In this document: one piece after another, positions 1-12,462 of the stretch
How positions within the stretch are numbered: the stretch's first letter is position 1
How the letters are laid out: every line of letters begins with the position of its first letter
Assembly: GCA_951406725.2 (NCBI GenBank)
Contig: OX597819.1
Span: 115,382,001 to 115,446,000, forward strand
Direction: 5' to 3'
DNA length: 64,000 nucleotides
DNA from: Octopus vulgaris
Taxonomy: Eukaryota
Translations under genes and position numbers: made by a program
Notes under the pieces: generated by a model
Seen by the model: only the letters and a program-made list of their open reading frames with translations
Database searches by the model: none
What the model was told of the DNA's origin: nothing

Positions 1-360
1 AAAGCTTTGTCATGTGTTGAGTTGAAAACCAGATTTTAATTATGTAATGAAATGAGCATTGTGGAAACAGATGTGAACTTTTAGTTAAGCAGAAGTTATA
101 GGCATTAAAATGACATTGTTGGGTAGAATGTTTTGTGGTATTCGTTTCAAATACCTAGACTTTGAATTCAAATCTCACTGAAGTCTATTTTGCTTCTATC
201 TTAGGAGCTGATAAAAATATCAGTGCAGGGCACTGAACTTATGGAATTGTCATGGTAAGATGTGATGCCTTGCGTTATCTGTTCCAGCCCTCTGCATTTT
301 GAGTTCAAATTCGCTCATGTGCTGTTACTTGCAACACCAGTAACTGTTTATTCACTGTTA

Positions 361-655
361 TTCATCATCATCATCGTTTTACGTCCGCTTTCCATGCTGG
401 CATGGGTTGGACGATTTGACTGAGGACTGGCGAACCAGATGGCTGCACCAGGTTCCAATCTGATCTGGCAAAGTCTCTACAACTGGATGCCCTTCCTAAC
501 ACCAACCACTCCAAGAGTGTAGTAGGTGCTTTTACGTGCCACCGGCACGAGGGCCAGTCAGGCGGTACTGGCAACGGCTACACTCAAATGTTGCTTTTTA
601 TGTGCCACCTGCACAGAAGCCAGTCCAGCGGCATTGGCAACGATCTCGCTCGAAT
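361..655 (-). mobile_element. Family A: RTE LINE 3' UTR-derived fragment with (GAT)n tail
   Basis: Same sequence as the 3' UTR following the RTE ORF at 22560-22930; about 20 copies in the window (e.g. 903-1125, 10217-10440, 14845-15100, 35740-35940, 49285-49448). Confidence 0.85.
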
Positions 656-659
656 ACAT

Positions 660-1550
660 TCGTATAAAATCTTCAATATCATTTGGCCTTGAAATCCATG
701 TTTTCATCAATGACAATGGGTTTTCTTTACACATACTGGCTGTGAGTACATTATTGCAAATGCCCAACAAAGCCAAAATGCATGAAGTGTTCTCACTGCT
801 GTAAAGCAAGAGCCACTGGAGACCCTACTGTCCAACATTACCGACCATGTCAGATATACAAATTACCTTTTTGATATTACTTAAAAAAAAAACAAAAAAA
901 AAAACACCATCCGAGCATGGCCGTTCGCCAGCCTCGTCTGGCACATGTGTCGGTGGCACATAAAATCACCCACTACACTCTCGGAGTGGTTGGCGTTAGG
1001 AAGGGCATCCAGCTATAGAAACACTGCCAGATCTGACTGGCCTGGTGCAGCCTTCGGGCTCCTCAGACCCCAGTTGAACCGTCCAACCCATGCTAGCATG
1101 GAAAGCGGACGTTAAATGATGATGACTACATCTGTTTACCATCTCTTGGATCTGCACTAAGTTTGCGTGGTGACAGCTCTTTCTGTCTCAAATTCTATCA
1201 ACACTGGTGAGTCCCAGGATTCAGTTTTATGATTTTACACATCAATGCTTTGCTTCCCATCACGTCTTCTATGTCCAATGCTGGCCATGCTTATACACTT
1301 AATACTATTCTTTGTTCCTTCCTAGCATTCCCAATATGTATGTCGTTTACAATCACTACATGACAAACCTGGGTTGATTCCATGGGTGGAGGTTCCATTT
1401 GATTCTATGAATGCTATGGCCCTACTGGAGGTCTCTACTCATGTCTCAGTAGCAAAAAACATGAGCAGTATTGCCACAAAGTTGCTTCAATATTAGGCCC
1501 TCAGAATTTCATGAGTATCTCACTCAGTAAAAGCACATCCTAAAAATGTT
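660..1550 (+). mobile_element. Highly decayed LINE reverse transcriptase remnant, interrupted by a younger repeat
   Basis: Traces resembling RT motifs: ARATGDP (~810) and SINTG.PQDSVL...HINALL (~1195-1260); frameshifted. Confidence 0.35.
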
Positions 1551-1557
1551 AATTCCC

Positions 1558-1905
1558 AGGAGTGGCTGTGTGGTAAGTAGCTTGCTTACCGATCACATGG
1601 TTCTGGGTTCAGTCCCAGTGCATGGCATCTTGGGCAAGTGTCTTCTACTATAGCCTCAGGCCGACCAAAGCTTTGTGAGTGGATTTGGGAGACGGGAACT
1701 GAAAGAAGCCCATCATATATATGTGTGTGTCTGTGTTTGTGTACCCCCCACCAACATTGCTTGACAACTGATGCTGGTGTGTTTACGTCCCTGTAACTTA
1801 GCAGTTCGGCAAAAGGGACCGATAGAATAAGTCCTGGGGTCGATTTGCTTGACTAAAGGCAGTGCTCCAGCATGGCCGCAGTCAAATGACTGAAACAAGT
1901 AAAAT
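1558..1905 (+). mobile_element. tRNA-derived SINE family B (CORE-like segment, internal (TA)/(TG) microsatellite, (GTAAAAGA)n tail)
   Basis: A-box-like tggctgtgtgg and B-box-like ggttcagtcc, then ccttgggcaagt; more than 12 copies in the window. Confidence 0.85.
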
Positions 1906-2309
1906 CACTTTGTCATTGTAAAGCTGGTGTTTAGTACATAAATTGACATGAGATATTCATGAAAAGTTTTTATGTACATCACTTCAAAACAGGAAGTTTG
2001 TATCACAGAACCATGAGTGGTCTCAGCTGGGTTGGTATCATTATCATCATCATGCTGACATAGTTTGTATGATTTGGCAGGATCCAATAGGCCCAAGGAC
2101 TGCATCATATCCCAGCGTCTGTTTGATATTGTCTTGATAGCTGGATGCCTCTCTTAATGCCAACCACATTACAGCATGTATGATAAGCTTGATCAGTTCA
2201 GTTTCTGGTTATCATCATCTTAAGACTTCCTGATTGGAGACTGAATGAGTTGAACTGAAGTGTCAATGTACATATGCTCTAAAGACGAGGTTAAAAGCCT
2301 GAAAAATAA

Positions 2310-2720
2310 TTAGTTAGTTAGTTAGTTAGTTAATTTTTTGGCTCAAAAAGCAAAAAGCAAGGCCATGTAGGGGAACATGGAGTTATGTACAGGGTGGTGT
2401 TCATGTAAAGAGTTCAGGCCACTTGAGGTCAAGGGAGACTTTGAACCGAGCGGTCGTCGGCGTCTTCACCATCTCGTCTGGCAGCTTATTCCACAGATCC
2501 ACAACCCGGACGGAGAAAGCCCCTTCTCCTTCGATTGAGATGAAATCGTCGCAGGTAGAGCTTTTCGGAATGACCCCGCAGCCGACGCTCTGGAGCAGGA
2601 GTGAAGAACAGCTCTTTCGAGAGGTTACACTTTCCACTTATGATGTTGTGAGCAAGAATGAGATCTCCACGGCGTCGTCGTTTTTGAGCCTTCAGTGTAC
2701 CGTTCGGCTTTTCCACATGG
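2310..2720 (-). mobile_element. 5'-truncated CR1-like LINE (ORF2 C-terminus, 3' UTR, (AACT)n tail)
   Basis: RRRRGDLI...FF...RLRGHSEKL, then after a frameshift FSVRVVDLWNKLPDEMV...FKVSLD; tandem tail at 2310-2332. Confidence 0.85.
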
Positions 2721-2750
2721 ACTTTTAAGAAGATTACAATACATTGAAAT

Positions 2751-2756
2751 TTTATT
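2751..2756 (-). terminator. Putative polyadenylation signal AATAAA
   Basis: tttatt on the plus strand about 145 nt downstream of the stop codon, in an AT-rich 3' UTR. Confidence 0.5.
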
Positions 2757-2900
2757 TTCGAAGTGTTAAAAAAAGAAAGAGAAAACAGGTTTTTTTTTAA
2801 TGTTTTTATATAAATTATGATGGAGGGAATCGGTTATGTTGGTAGGGGGCGGGTGACAGGATTTCATAGATTTAAAAAAAAATTTTTTTTCTTCCCTTTT

Positions 2901-3116
2901 TTAACATGGAGATTTACCCACAACCATGTTTTGTGCACAAGTCAGTGGCAGTTTGAGTCCTCTGTCCAAGAGGTTCATTAGCTCTACGCAGCCATTACAG
3001 CAGGCTGCACATGGACTGATCAAGACAAACAGGATAGCACAGAGAAGGCCAATCGGAAGGCCAAACACCAATAAGATTATAAACCAGAGAATACTCCAGA
3101 ACCAATTGCAATTCAT
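2901..3116 (-). CDS. Small 71-aa hydrophobic, Cys-rich membrane protein of unknown function (whole ORF within one terminal exon, about 3151 to 2730)
   Basis: ORF MNCNWFWSILWFIILLVFGLPIGLLCAILFVLISPCAACCNGC...LPLTCAQNMVVGKSPC in non-repetitive DNA. Start context cacaATG. Strong acceptor (ttttatttgttttctttccag) 35 nt upstream of ATG; AATAAA downstream. Resembles from memory a family of uncharacterised ~70-aa invertebrate proteins. Confidence 0.8.
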   Translation of the reverse strand: MNCNWFWSILWFIILLVFGLPIGLLCAILFVLISPCAACCNGCVELMNLLDRGLKLPLTCAQNMVVGKSPC

Positions 3117-3151
3117 TGTGATAGATTTCTGTTGGTTGCAGACAGATGTGA

Positions 3152-3180
3152 CTGGAAAGAAAACAAATAAAAAAAAATAA
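3152..3180 (-). promoter_or_regulatory. Splice acceptor (polypyrimidine tract + CAG) of the coding exon
   Basis: Minus strand reads ...ttttttatttgttttctttccag|tcacatc; exon begins at 3151. Confidence 0.75.
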
Positions 3181-3454
3181 GTTCAGTGAAAGTATAAAAA
3201 AAAATTAGCACAAAACAAAACATTGAATTATAGGCTTATCACTGGAGACTTAGTCTTCCTGTCATTTTAAAAATTTCCTATAGTGCTCGGCTACTGTTTC
3301 CAATGCAAAACTGGTTCAATACCTAGCTACTATTTCATTTGCAATACTCCAGCTTTGACTTCAAAGTATTCCGTCTCTCCATCAGGAGTGATCGCTTTCG
3401 CTCTGGTGTTCTCATACAGCTTACTTATTGCTCTCAGAATTCTTGGTGGACTAT

Positions 3455-3681
3455 CACCCTTTAGTGTTTGAACTGGCCAAATCTGGCCCAATATATTCTA
3501 TATGTTTTATATTCAAACTGGCGATATCTAGCCTCTCACTCCTAACCTACAATGCCATTCTGAAAATAAACAATCACATCATTGAAACCTCAAAGCTATA
3601 AGATAATGCATGATTAATTCAAAACAATTTGAGTGAAAACGTATTACATTTAACAGAGTATTCTGAACACTAAAGGGTTAA
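3455..3681. mobile_element. piggyBac-type MITE (CCCTTTAG...CTAAAGGG-TTAA); related copy at ~43430-43650
   Basis: Terminal inverted repeats cccttta gtgtt / aacactaaaggg followed by ttaa; the second copy shares internal sequence. Confidence 0.55.
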
Positions 3682-3769
3682 GTATCTTCATCAACATTCC
3701 TCTATGTACTGAATCAAAAGCCTTTTTAAAGTCTACATAGATAATGGTAGCCTTCCTGTTATGGCTCTA

Positions 3770-4153
3770 AAGCATTGAAGAAGCAGTTGGATGGTCGTTG
3801 TATGGGGATGCTTAGAATGACACTCAATGTCTCCTGGAAGAGTCATACAACAAACGCTGACTGATACCAGGGACTACCAAACATAACCTTAAAGATACAA
3901 CATAGAAGGCTGAGGCTAGCTGGACATTGCATCAGACCCACTGATGAAATTGCTAACAAGCTAGTGCTCTGGCAACCAATGGAAGGAAAAACCAGGAGAC
4001 GAAAGAGGAAGACAATCTATCAACAACTTGCTGGAGGATACTGGTATAGAAGGGGTACAGGGGCCGAGGACCATTATGGAACATCGAGATGAATGGGGAA
4101 AATGTGTGGAAACAGTCTTGGGGCATACTGAGGGATGACCTAGATAGATAGAT
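3770..4153 (+). mobile_element. RTE-like LINE 3' fragment with (TAGA)n tail
   Basis: Conceptual translation KKQLDG...MLRMTLNVSWKSH...RRLRLAGHCIR...ANKLVLWQP, typical of the RTE-group C-terminus; tail at 4141-4153. Confidence 0.75.
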
Positions 4154-4202
4154 TTCACTTACTCTTCCCTGTATTTCTAATTCCTGGTTATAGCCTACAG
4201 AC

Positions 4203-4511
4203 CAGTGGTTCACAACTGGGGTCCATATAAGATTTTGCAGGGTCCACACAAACAAAATTGTAAATCAGGGATCCACTGGTGTTTTAAGTGTCCGTGAAAG
4301 AATGTTACTTTGGATGTATTTGTTGCAAGAAACAGCTAAGTTTCATTCTCTGATGTTTTTCATAGTTTCAACCTACACAAGGGAATGTGTGAATAACAAA
4401 ATAGGAATTTTGAAAGAAGTATCCATAAAACATTAAATGGCTTTGGAGGGTCCACCAGAATAGGATAGTAATCAAAAAGGCTCATGGGCAAAAAATTGTT
4501 GAGAACCCCTG
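4203..4511. mobile_element. hAT (Charlie-like) MITE
   Basis: TIRs cagtggttcacaac / gttgagaacccctg; 8-bp flanks ctacagac / ctgtagac (6 of 8 match). Confidence 0.7.
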
Positions 4512-5024
4512 CTGTAGACAGATGAGCATCATCAAAGTGATGAATATTTATGGACTCTTTATATGCAGACATGAAAACAAAATGTGTGTTGATGGTAGTG
4601 GACCCTGCAAAATGTTGATGGTAGTGGAGGACTATGGCTCTTGAAAGGGGTTATGCCTTTTTTTCTTTTCATTTCAAAGTCAACCTTGCAGTATATGATT
4701 TGTTAAACTTTATGCACGAGTCAATGAGGGGGAAATAGCAGCCAAATATCCCTCAACTGAAATTCGTTTTCAAACAAAACAATACATTGGAGAATATCCT
4801 TGATGATGATGATAATAATAATAATAATAATAGTTTCTAATATAAACAGAAAGGTTGCAATTCTTAAGGGTTAGATTAGTCAATACCATTTATCCCAGTA
4901 CTTAACTGATACTTTTATTTTATTAACCCATGAAGAATGAAAGGCAAAGTTGAGCCCCAAACATAAAGAATAGGAAGAAATACCACAAGGTTTTTTCACT
5001 AACACTTATGATCCAACCAGCTTG

Positions 5025-5650
5025 CTTTCTACATATATAAAACTTAGTGTGTGTGTAAACCCCGCATAACTTCTGAAGTTCAAAACTGATTTTCTTCAAA
5101 CTAGGAACATACATTATTTATGTTCCAGAGATGGTTTTAAACCCTTAAAATTTTTCACATGAGTAATGGGGCCTCAGGGGCCAGAAATTCCCCTTTCCTG
5201 TGGTAAGTATGAGTACTGTAGGGAAGGGAGGTAACTCTTTGTGAAGTAACTTCTCTTAAAATTTGCTAATATATTGATATTATTTACCTCTTCTTATTGA
5301 CATTTCATTATTAACGTACAATTGACATCTTAGTTTATTACATCATATTTCTTGACATAATGTCTCTGAAGAAGAGATCCTCCATTGGTCGAAAAACGAC
5401 AGTAGCAGAGAAATTGAAAAGAAGGAGAGCAAATGAATCATTACACACAACTTCAATCAGACAATCACAAAATACTGCATGTACAGCTACTGCAAGCGCA
5501 ACGAAAAGCGATGAGCAGCATAGTATTTGCCTGGCCAGGAATGCTGCATTAATAGCTTCAGCCAATCCCCCACCGCCTTACCACATCATTTATTTCATGC
5601 AGATTTCTCTCATGTGGTGCTGTTGAGTGCAGCCACAGGCTTAATTTATC
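5025..5650 (+). mobile_element. Decayed non-autonomous Helitron-like element with an ORF-start remnant
   Basis: Starts tctacatatataaaac; MSLKKRSSIGRKTT...KRRRANES resembles Helitron Rep/Hel N-termini; GC-rich hairpin near 5615-5635. Confidence 0.45.
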
Positions 5651-6780
5651 ATATAGATGTAGTTCCTATGCCTGCTGATTGTTTAGCGTGGTAGCAACAG
5701 CGCTGACAGCTGCAAGGGAGAGTATATCCACTGAGAGATTTTTGGTGCATTCAAAAATCACACACCTCCACTCACTTTTCCATGACAAGGCTAGGGCCTG
5801 GAATCTTCCAAACAGACGCATGACATGTCACTTAGTCGAATTAGCCCTTCATTTACTCCACAAATGTTTTGCTGTCAATGTTGTACTTCCCTGTATCACA
5901 TTTCAACTTAACTGTACCATATATACAAACTACGCCGTTTAAATCCTGAGCAACGCTGGATATGTCTGAATCTCCCCATAACATTAATGTTATGCATGTC
6001 TGTGGAGTACTCAGCCATTTGTGAGTTAATTTTATCCCCGTGTGGTAATGAAAAGGGAAATTGACATCCAATATAATAATAATAATAATCCTTTTTACTA
6101 TAAGCACAGATCCTAACATTTTGAGGGAGGGGGAAGTCAAATACACTGACTGCAATGCTCATCTGGTATTTATTTACCAACTCCAAAAGGATTAAAGACA
6201 AAGTTGACCTCGGCAGTATTTGAATCTCAGAATGTAACAAGAGAAGAAATGATTTGGCTAGCACACCACATTAATAATAATAATAATGGTTTCAGATTTT
6301 GACATAAGGCCAGCGATTTAAAGAGAATGGGATAACTTGATTACATTGTCCCCAGTACTCAATAGGTACTACTTATTTTTATCAACCCTGTTAGGATGAG
6401 AAGTGGACTTTGACAGAATTTGAACTCAGAACATAGAATGTTACAAGAAATTTCACTAAGCATTTTGTCTGACGACCTAGCATTTTAGTCAGCTGCCACC
6501 TTAATAATATGTAATATAAACGAATGTTTGAACAGTCATTTCAGTTTTGATCATCCCAAGTCTGGGCAATCCTGGAATTCACTGCTTCACTTTTTTTTTT
6601 CTACACTGTACAAATGTAATCCAACTTCAGAGCCAATCTGAGAGCAGCTAAATCTCTCTTAAATCAAATATCTACCTTCTTTAAAAATAACACATTAGAT
6701 AATGTAGTATGGTCCTAGATATACAAAAAGGAGGGGATGGTCAAATCTGGAATGCTTTTGGTCATAGGTTTGCTTAATGG

Positions 6781-7011
6781 AAGGCGGCGAGCTGGCAGAA
6801 ACGGTAAGCACGCCGGGTGAAATGCTTAGTGATATTTCATCTGCCGCTACATTCTGAGTTCAAATTCCGCCAAGGTCGACTTTGCCTTTCATCCTTTCAG
6901 GGTCGATTAAATAAGTACTAGTTACGCACTGGGGTCGATATAATTGACTTAATCCGTTTGTCTGTCCTTGTTTGTCCTCTCTGTGTTTAGACCCTTGTGG
7001 GTAGTAAAGAA
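6781..7011 (+). mobile_element. SINE family C (aaggcggcgagctggcaga head) with ~16-bp TSD
   Basis: B-box gagttcaaattcc; central gtcgactttgcctttcatcctttc.ggggtcga; TSD ataggtttgcttaatg on both sides. Confidence 0.9.
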
Positions 7012-7089
7012 ATAGGTTTGCTTAATGATGGCTGACCCGGTAACAACTCAAATCTTGGAACCACAAGTGAACTCAAAAGATATAAAATG

Positions 7090-7620
7090 ATCACAACATT
7101 ATCCTGGAAATATGGCTTTTAAGTGAAAACAGTTGCTTTAACACTTGGCAGAGGTGAGCCTGGTGGAGTGGAAGAAGCAAATGGCAAGGTTTTCTCTGTC
7201 TTACAAACACTATGGTTGAAAAGTGGAAGGAGGGTTCTGCAAAGTTGTTAGAGATGATAAGGAGCAAAAAGGATTGGTTGCAGTTTAGGAGATGGGATAA
7301 CTTGAGAGTTGTGTGATGCATGGAGGTGTCTTTCATTTTTCATATGACAGTCTTACAGGAGTTGTAGTAGAGGGTAAAAGCCGTTTGTAGGAGAGAGAGA
7401 TTTTCTCTAAACACTGCAGATTAGATAATTTTCTTTGCTTAAACTGCTGGATGATTTGAGCTTATGAGTTTCGATCATGTGGAATGTAGAGGTACAGGTC
7501 AAAGCAGGTTGCTTCAGTTACTCATCTGGCTGTGTCTGGTGGGTCAGGGATAGCATAGAATTGGTGTAACTCCAACCAACCAACCATTAAACTTGAAGAG
7601 CCAAGGTTTAGGGATGTGCG
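7090..7620 (-). mobile_element. Decayed LINE ORF2 linker fragment
   Basis: Traces such as YIPH and ISNNFAEPSF resemble the endonuclease-RT linker of CR1/L2/Jockey-group LINEs; many disruptions. Confidence 0.3.
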
Positions 7621-8250
7621 TAATAGGTATGTGTATGGTGGGTAGTTTGTTGTATGGGTATAACCTTTATATTATTGCTATAGGAGTATAACCCTCATAT
7701 TATTGCCTTAGGAATATAACTCTTGTATCATTTTTTGGCAGTTAGACAAGAGATATTCTTCAAAGGGATTCAAAACAAAAGGTGATTAGTGGTGTGTTAA
7801 ATGAATATTATTGTTGTTTGTGTTTGTTCCCCAAGGCCTGTTCAGATCAAGCAGATATATGATGAAAAACCCTCAAGCCATGCCAGGACCCTTAGTTGTT
7901 TGTGCATATCAGAGACAACAATATTCAATGTGTTCTTTCCATTTTGCTTTTTTGTAACTTATATTTCTAACAGGGTGATTGGTCAAATAAAGGAGACATC
8001 ATTGGTTTGCATTGTTAAATGAACTGAATATCATAGGTGAAAACTTACCAAAGGAATATTTTTCGAATGTTTGTCAGTTGACAAGTATTTTCCTTAAGTT
8101 CTGCTTTATGCTGTTTTGCTGTAAATAGAATAAGAACAACATGAAACAGTTTGATAACAGAGGGAAACATTAAAGAAAAAATAACATCTAATTGTTAGTG
8201 TTGAGAAACATGAATCAGTATGCATGTGACAGAAAATCTATGGTAATTTA

Positions 8251-8486
8251 AAGGCGGCAAGCTAGCAGAAACATTAGCATGCCGGGCAAAATGCTTAGTG
8301 GTATTTCTTCTGCCTTTATGTTCTGAGTTCAAATTCCGCCAAGGTCGACTTTGCCTTTCATCCTTTTGGGGTCAATAAATTAAATACCAGTTACACACTG
8401 GGTTCGATGTAATCGACAATCCCTTTGTCTGTCCTTGTTTGTCCCCTCTATGTTTAGCCCCTTGTGGGTAATAAAGAAATAAGAAA
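8251..8486 (+). mobile_element. SINE family C
   Basis: Same consensus; TSD agaaaatctatggtaat at 8231 and 8712. Confidence 0.9.
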
Positions 8487-9041
8487 CTGTGTCTTTCACT
8501 CTCTCTCTCTCTCACTCTCTCTCATCCACTCTTACTTCCTCTCTGTCCTCCTCTCTTTTGCTTTGCCACTTCTTTAAAGTAAGTGTGACACACACATCAG
8601 GTACATACAAAGACAAAAAGTTAGCATATTAATATTATTGATAATCACAATGCTTCCAATTTTGGAATAAGGTCAACAATTTTTTAAGGAGAAGCAGGTA
8701 ATAAAGAAATAAGAAAATCTATGGTAATGAAGTGACTATTTTGGAAACGAGACTCTTAACTGCAGCTCACTAAACCAAAAGGGACCCTAGTTTTGCAAGC
8801 TACATAACAACCCTACTAGTGCTGGTGTCATCAAAAAAGAACCCAGTACACTTAGTAAAGTGGTTAGTAAACTCAGTAAACTGTTAGGAAGGTCATCCAA
8901 TTGTAGACACCACACCAATTCAGACAATGCAGAATAATGCAATCCTCAGACCTATCAACCATCCAACCCATGCCAACATCGAAAGAGGACATTAAAATGA
9001 TGATGATGAAAATAGTGGTTCTATCATTGGCTTCAGTTTAT

Positions 9042-9455
9042 CTCTTTTACTCTTTTACTTGTTTGAGTCATTTGACTGTGGCCATGCTGGAGCACCACCT
9101 TTAGTCGAGCAAATTGACCCCAGGACTTATTCTTTGTAAGCCCAGTGTTTTATTCTATCGGTCTCTTTTGCCGAACCGCTAAGTTATGGGAACGTAAACA
9201 CACTAGCATCGGTTGTCAAGCGATGTTGGAGGAACAAACACAGGCACACAAACGTATACACACACACATATATATATACACATATATACGACAGGCTTCT
9301 TTCAGTTTCTGTCTACCAAATCCACTCACAAGGCTTTGGTCGGTCCAAGGCTACAGTAGAAGACACTTGCCTAAGGTGCCACGCAGTGGGACTGAACCCG
9401 GAACCATGTGGTTGGTAAGCAAGCTACTTACTCAACACACAGCCACTCCTATGCC
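9042..9455 (-). mobile_element. SINE family B, full length
   Basis: Reverse complement of the same head, body and tail. Confidence 0.9.
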
Positions 9456-10974
9456 TTTATATTTTTATGCTTACTTTGTTTCATGGGACACCTTTATGTA
9501 CTTAGGTACATGTAAACACCATAGAATTAAAACCATTACATGTTCGGATGGGGGAGTAATACAGTTTGTATATTACTTTCCAACTGACACATGACATTAA
9601 ATTTAGTTGTATGTTAATGTGCTTGCTTTAGTCATATATAATTTTTTTCTCTTGTGTGCAATACAGTTTTCTTTGTGTATGAGTTGCATAAAATTAACCA
9701 GTGTTTTGTTTACTACTGCTAGCATTGTGAGTCAGGCAAAATATATAATTGTTATTTGTTCAGGTTTTCTGGCTTGAGCAAGAAGTAAGCCCAGGTTGTG
9801 TGCTTAAGAAATTTGCTTCCCAACCATGTGATCTTGAGTTCAGTCTCACTTCACAGCATCTGGGGCAAATGTATTCAAAACACTCAGGCTGACCAAAGGC
9901 TTGTGAGTGGATCTGGTAAATGAAATTGAAAGAAACCTGTCATGTGTGTGTGTTTGTGTCTCCAACCGTTATAGTTGTCTCTTGTGAAATGCTGGGTGGC
10001 ACACAGTATACTTATTCAAAAATCAAGACACACATGATATCACTTTATCCAACCTGTCCTATAAGACAGCAGGAAATGATGAGAGAGAATTAGCTGTTAT
10101 TCCTAGCAGGTCAAGAAACCACATAAGGCAGGGGTTGAGAAGCTTCTTATACAACTCCTTAATGGAATTGAAGATAACTTGTTAACCCCAATCATGTAAA
10201 TTTCTAAAATAAAATTCATCATCATCATCATCATCATCATCATTTAATGTCCGTTTTCCACGCTAGCATGGGTTGGATGGTTCGACCGGGTTCATGGAGG
10301 CTGCACCAGGCTCTAGTCTGATTTCGCAGTGTTTCTACAGCTGGATGCCCTTCCTAACGCCAACCACTCCGTGAGTGTAGTGGGTATTTTTTACGTGCCA
10401 CCAGCACAGGGGCCAGAGCAGGCTGGCAAACGGCCATGATTAGAAAGTATAATTAATAAATCTTTTTTTGATTTAGAAACAATAATTCTTTTATTCTTTC
10501 GTGTCATTACTTCTTTTTGATAAGAAATATTTAAAGAAATTTAATGAAAATACTTAATGAAATTCATAAAAAAAAAATTTAAAAAATGAAGTCATATTAT
10601 AGTGATGTAATCAAAATATTTAATATGAAAAATATGTTTAGTGAATACTATCTTTTGCATTGATATTTAGCTGGAAATTAGTGAGGTTTAGCCTTAGATA
10701 ACCTGGTTCTTTAAGATTCATTTCGCTAATCAGCATCCTTAACATTCAAAATTGCTTCAGGTGTTTATTGACCCTTGGATAGTCATATAGACATCCCTGC
10801 CAGGGGTCAACATAAACAACTTCATTGACCCTTGACAAAGATGTTTTTGCCTTGTTGGCCTGAGGTGATATGTTCTTGGACCAAGTGCACCACAAAATAA
10901 TAGTGCAGTTAATTGGTAGGATGCTAACCTAATTAAATTATGATATTAGAAATATTTTTAATAGAATATTCAGA

Positions 10975-11190
10975 GTAGGTAAGCTGGCAGAACGTTAGCA
11001 CACCAGGTGAAATGCTTAGCAGTATTTCATCTGTCTTTACTTTCTGAGTTCAAATTCCGCTGAGGTCAACTTTGTCTTTCATCCTTTCGGGGCCGATAAA
11101 TGAAGTACTAGTTGCATACTAGGGTCGATCTAATTAACTAGCCCTCTTCCTAAAAATTTCGGGCCTTTTGCCCAGAGTAGAAAAAAAAAA
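10975..11190 (+). mobile_element. SINE family C with an alternative tail
   Basis: Same head and centre, different 3' end terminating in A-rich sequence. Confidence 0.85.
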
Positions 11191-12134
11191 AACCCAGAGT
11201 AAGTATTATGTGAAAATCACAAAAATATTTGCCGCTGACATCTGAAATCAGATGTATGTGTTGTGTTGGAAACATTTATCAACCAATCCCTGTGGTCTGA
11301 ATGAGGTGTAGTTTCATTGTCCAACACAAGAAATAAGAAAAAAATAAATATCACCTGACAATAAATGGCTCACTTATAAAAAGACAATTTTTCTTCCTCC
11401 CACACACGTCATAGCAACAGCTATTCATAGAACAATAATAACAGAAACCACAGCTATAATATTTATTAGCATTGGTTGTAGCACTGTTGAAACAAAAAAA
11501 TAAAAAAAATAATAAAAACCCTCTATTGTGCAACACACCTATTGACTGGCTGATGAGAGACAAGTAAACAGCACCAAATCATTGCTGGAGCACAACTGGA
11601 TTTTTACAGCAACAACTCCCCTACCCATCAACCATCACAGTCATAAATGCACCCCCAACACTGCCACAACCGCTATAAATGCTCCTCCAGCACTGTCGCA
11701 AACTGCCTTAACCCCTCCCTCGATATGACCACCAAACTATAGCCACACACAAAGGACAGTTAAACAGAAATCAATGAAAAAAAATCTCGACACTACAGTT
11801 TGGTGACTAAGACATCACATGTTCTTGTGTGCCAATGACATCATTGCTTCCAATATTGGCAGAGCTGTAAACATCAGTCTCCCTTCCTCTCTCTTGCACA
11901 CGTACAAACATACACACACGAGCACACACACACACACACACACACAGATGTTCACTATGTCTTTCACATTCAATCTTTCCATATTTTACACTATTACTCC
12001 TCCGACCATTTCTCTTTCTATCACTTCAACACCAAAATATGATTGCTACATATCTCATTGAGTCCTAAGAACAATGCATGGAAACCAGTCAACTTCATCG
12101 GTTTTGAACACAGCATGATGATAATGATTATTTT

Positions 12135-12462
12135 TTTTATTTGTTTCAGTCATTTGACAGTGGTCATGCTGGAGCACTGCATTTAGTCAAACAAATCGAC
12201 CCCAGGACTTATTCTTTGTAAGCCTAGCACTTATTCTATAGGTCTCTTTTGCTGAACTGCTAAGTTACGGAGACGTTATCACACCAGCATCGGTTGTCAA
12301 GCAATAGAGATGAGGGAGAAACACAGAAACACAAATACATACGACAGGCTTCTTTCAGTTTCTGTCTACCAACTCAACTCACAAGGTTTTGGTTGACCTG
12401 AGGCTATAGTAGACACACCTACCCAAAGTGCCATGCAGTGGGACTGAACCTGGAACCATGCA
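12135..12462 (-). mobile_element. SINE family B, diverged
   Basis: Similarity to the other copies. Confidence 0.8.

Noticed and set aside
9145-9594. 149-aa ORF and the many similar ORFs (RQASFSFRLPNPLTR, YQIHSQGFGRP)
   Set aside because: Translations of SINE family B; they recur at every SINE copy.
11351-11830. Unique TE-free segment with a possible minus-strand CAG|GTGATA site and a Cys-rich 70-aa ORF
   Set aside because: Splice signal is ambiguous and weak; the ORF has no ATG start and is low complexity.
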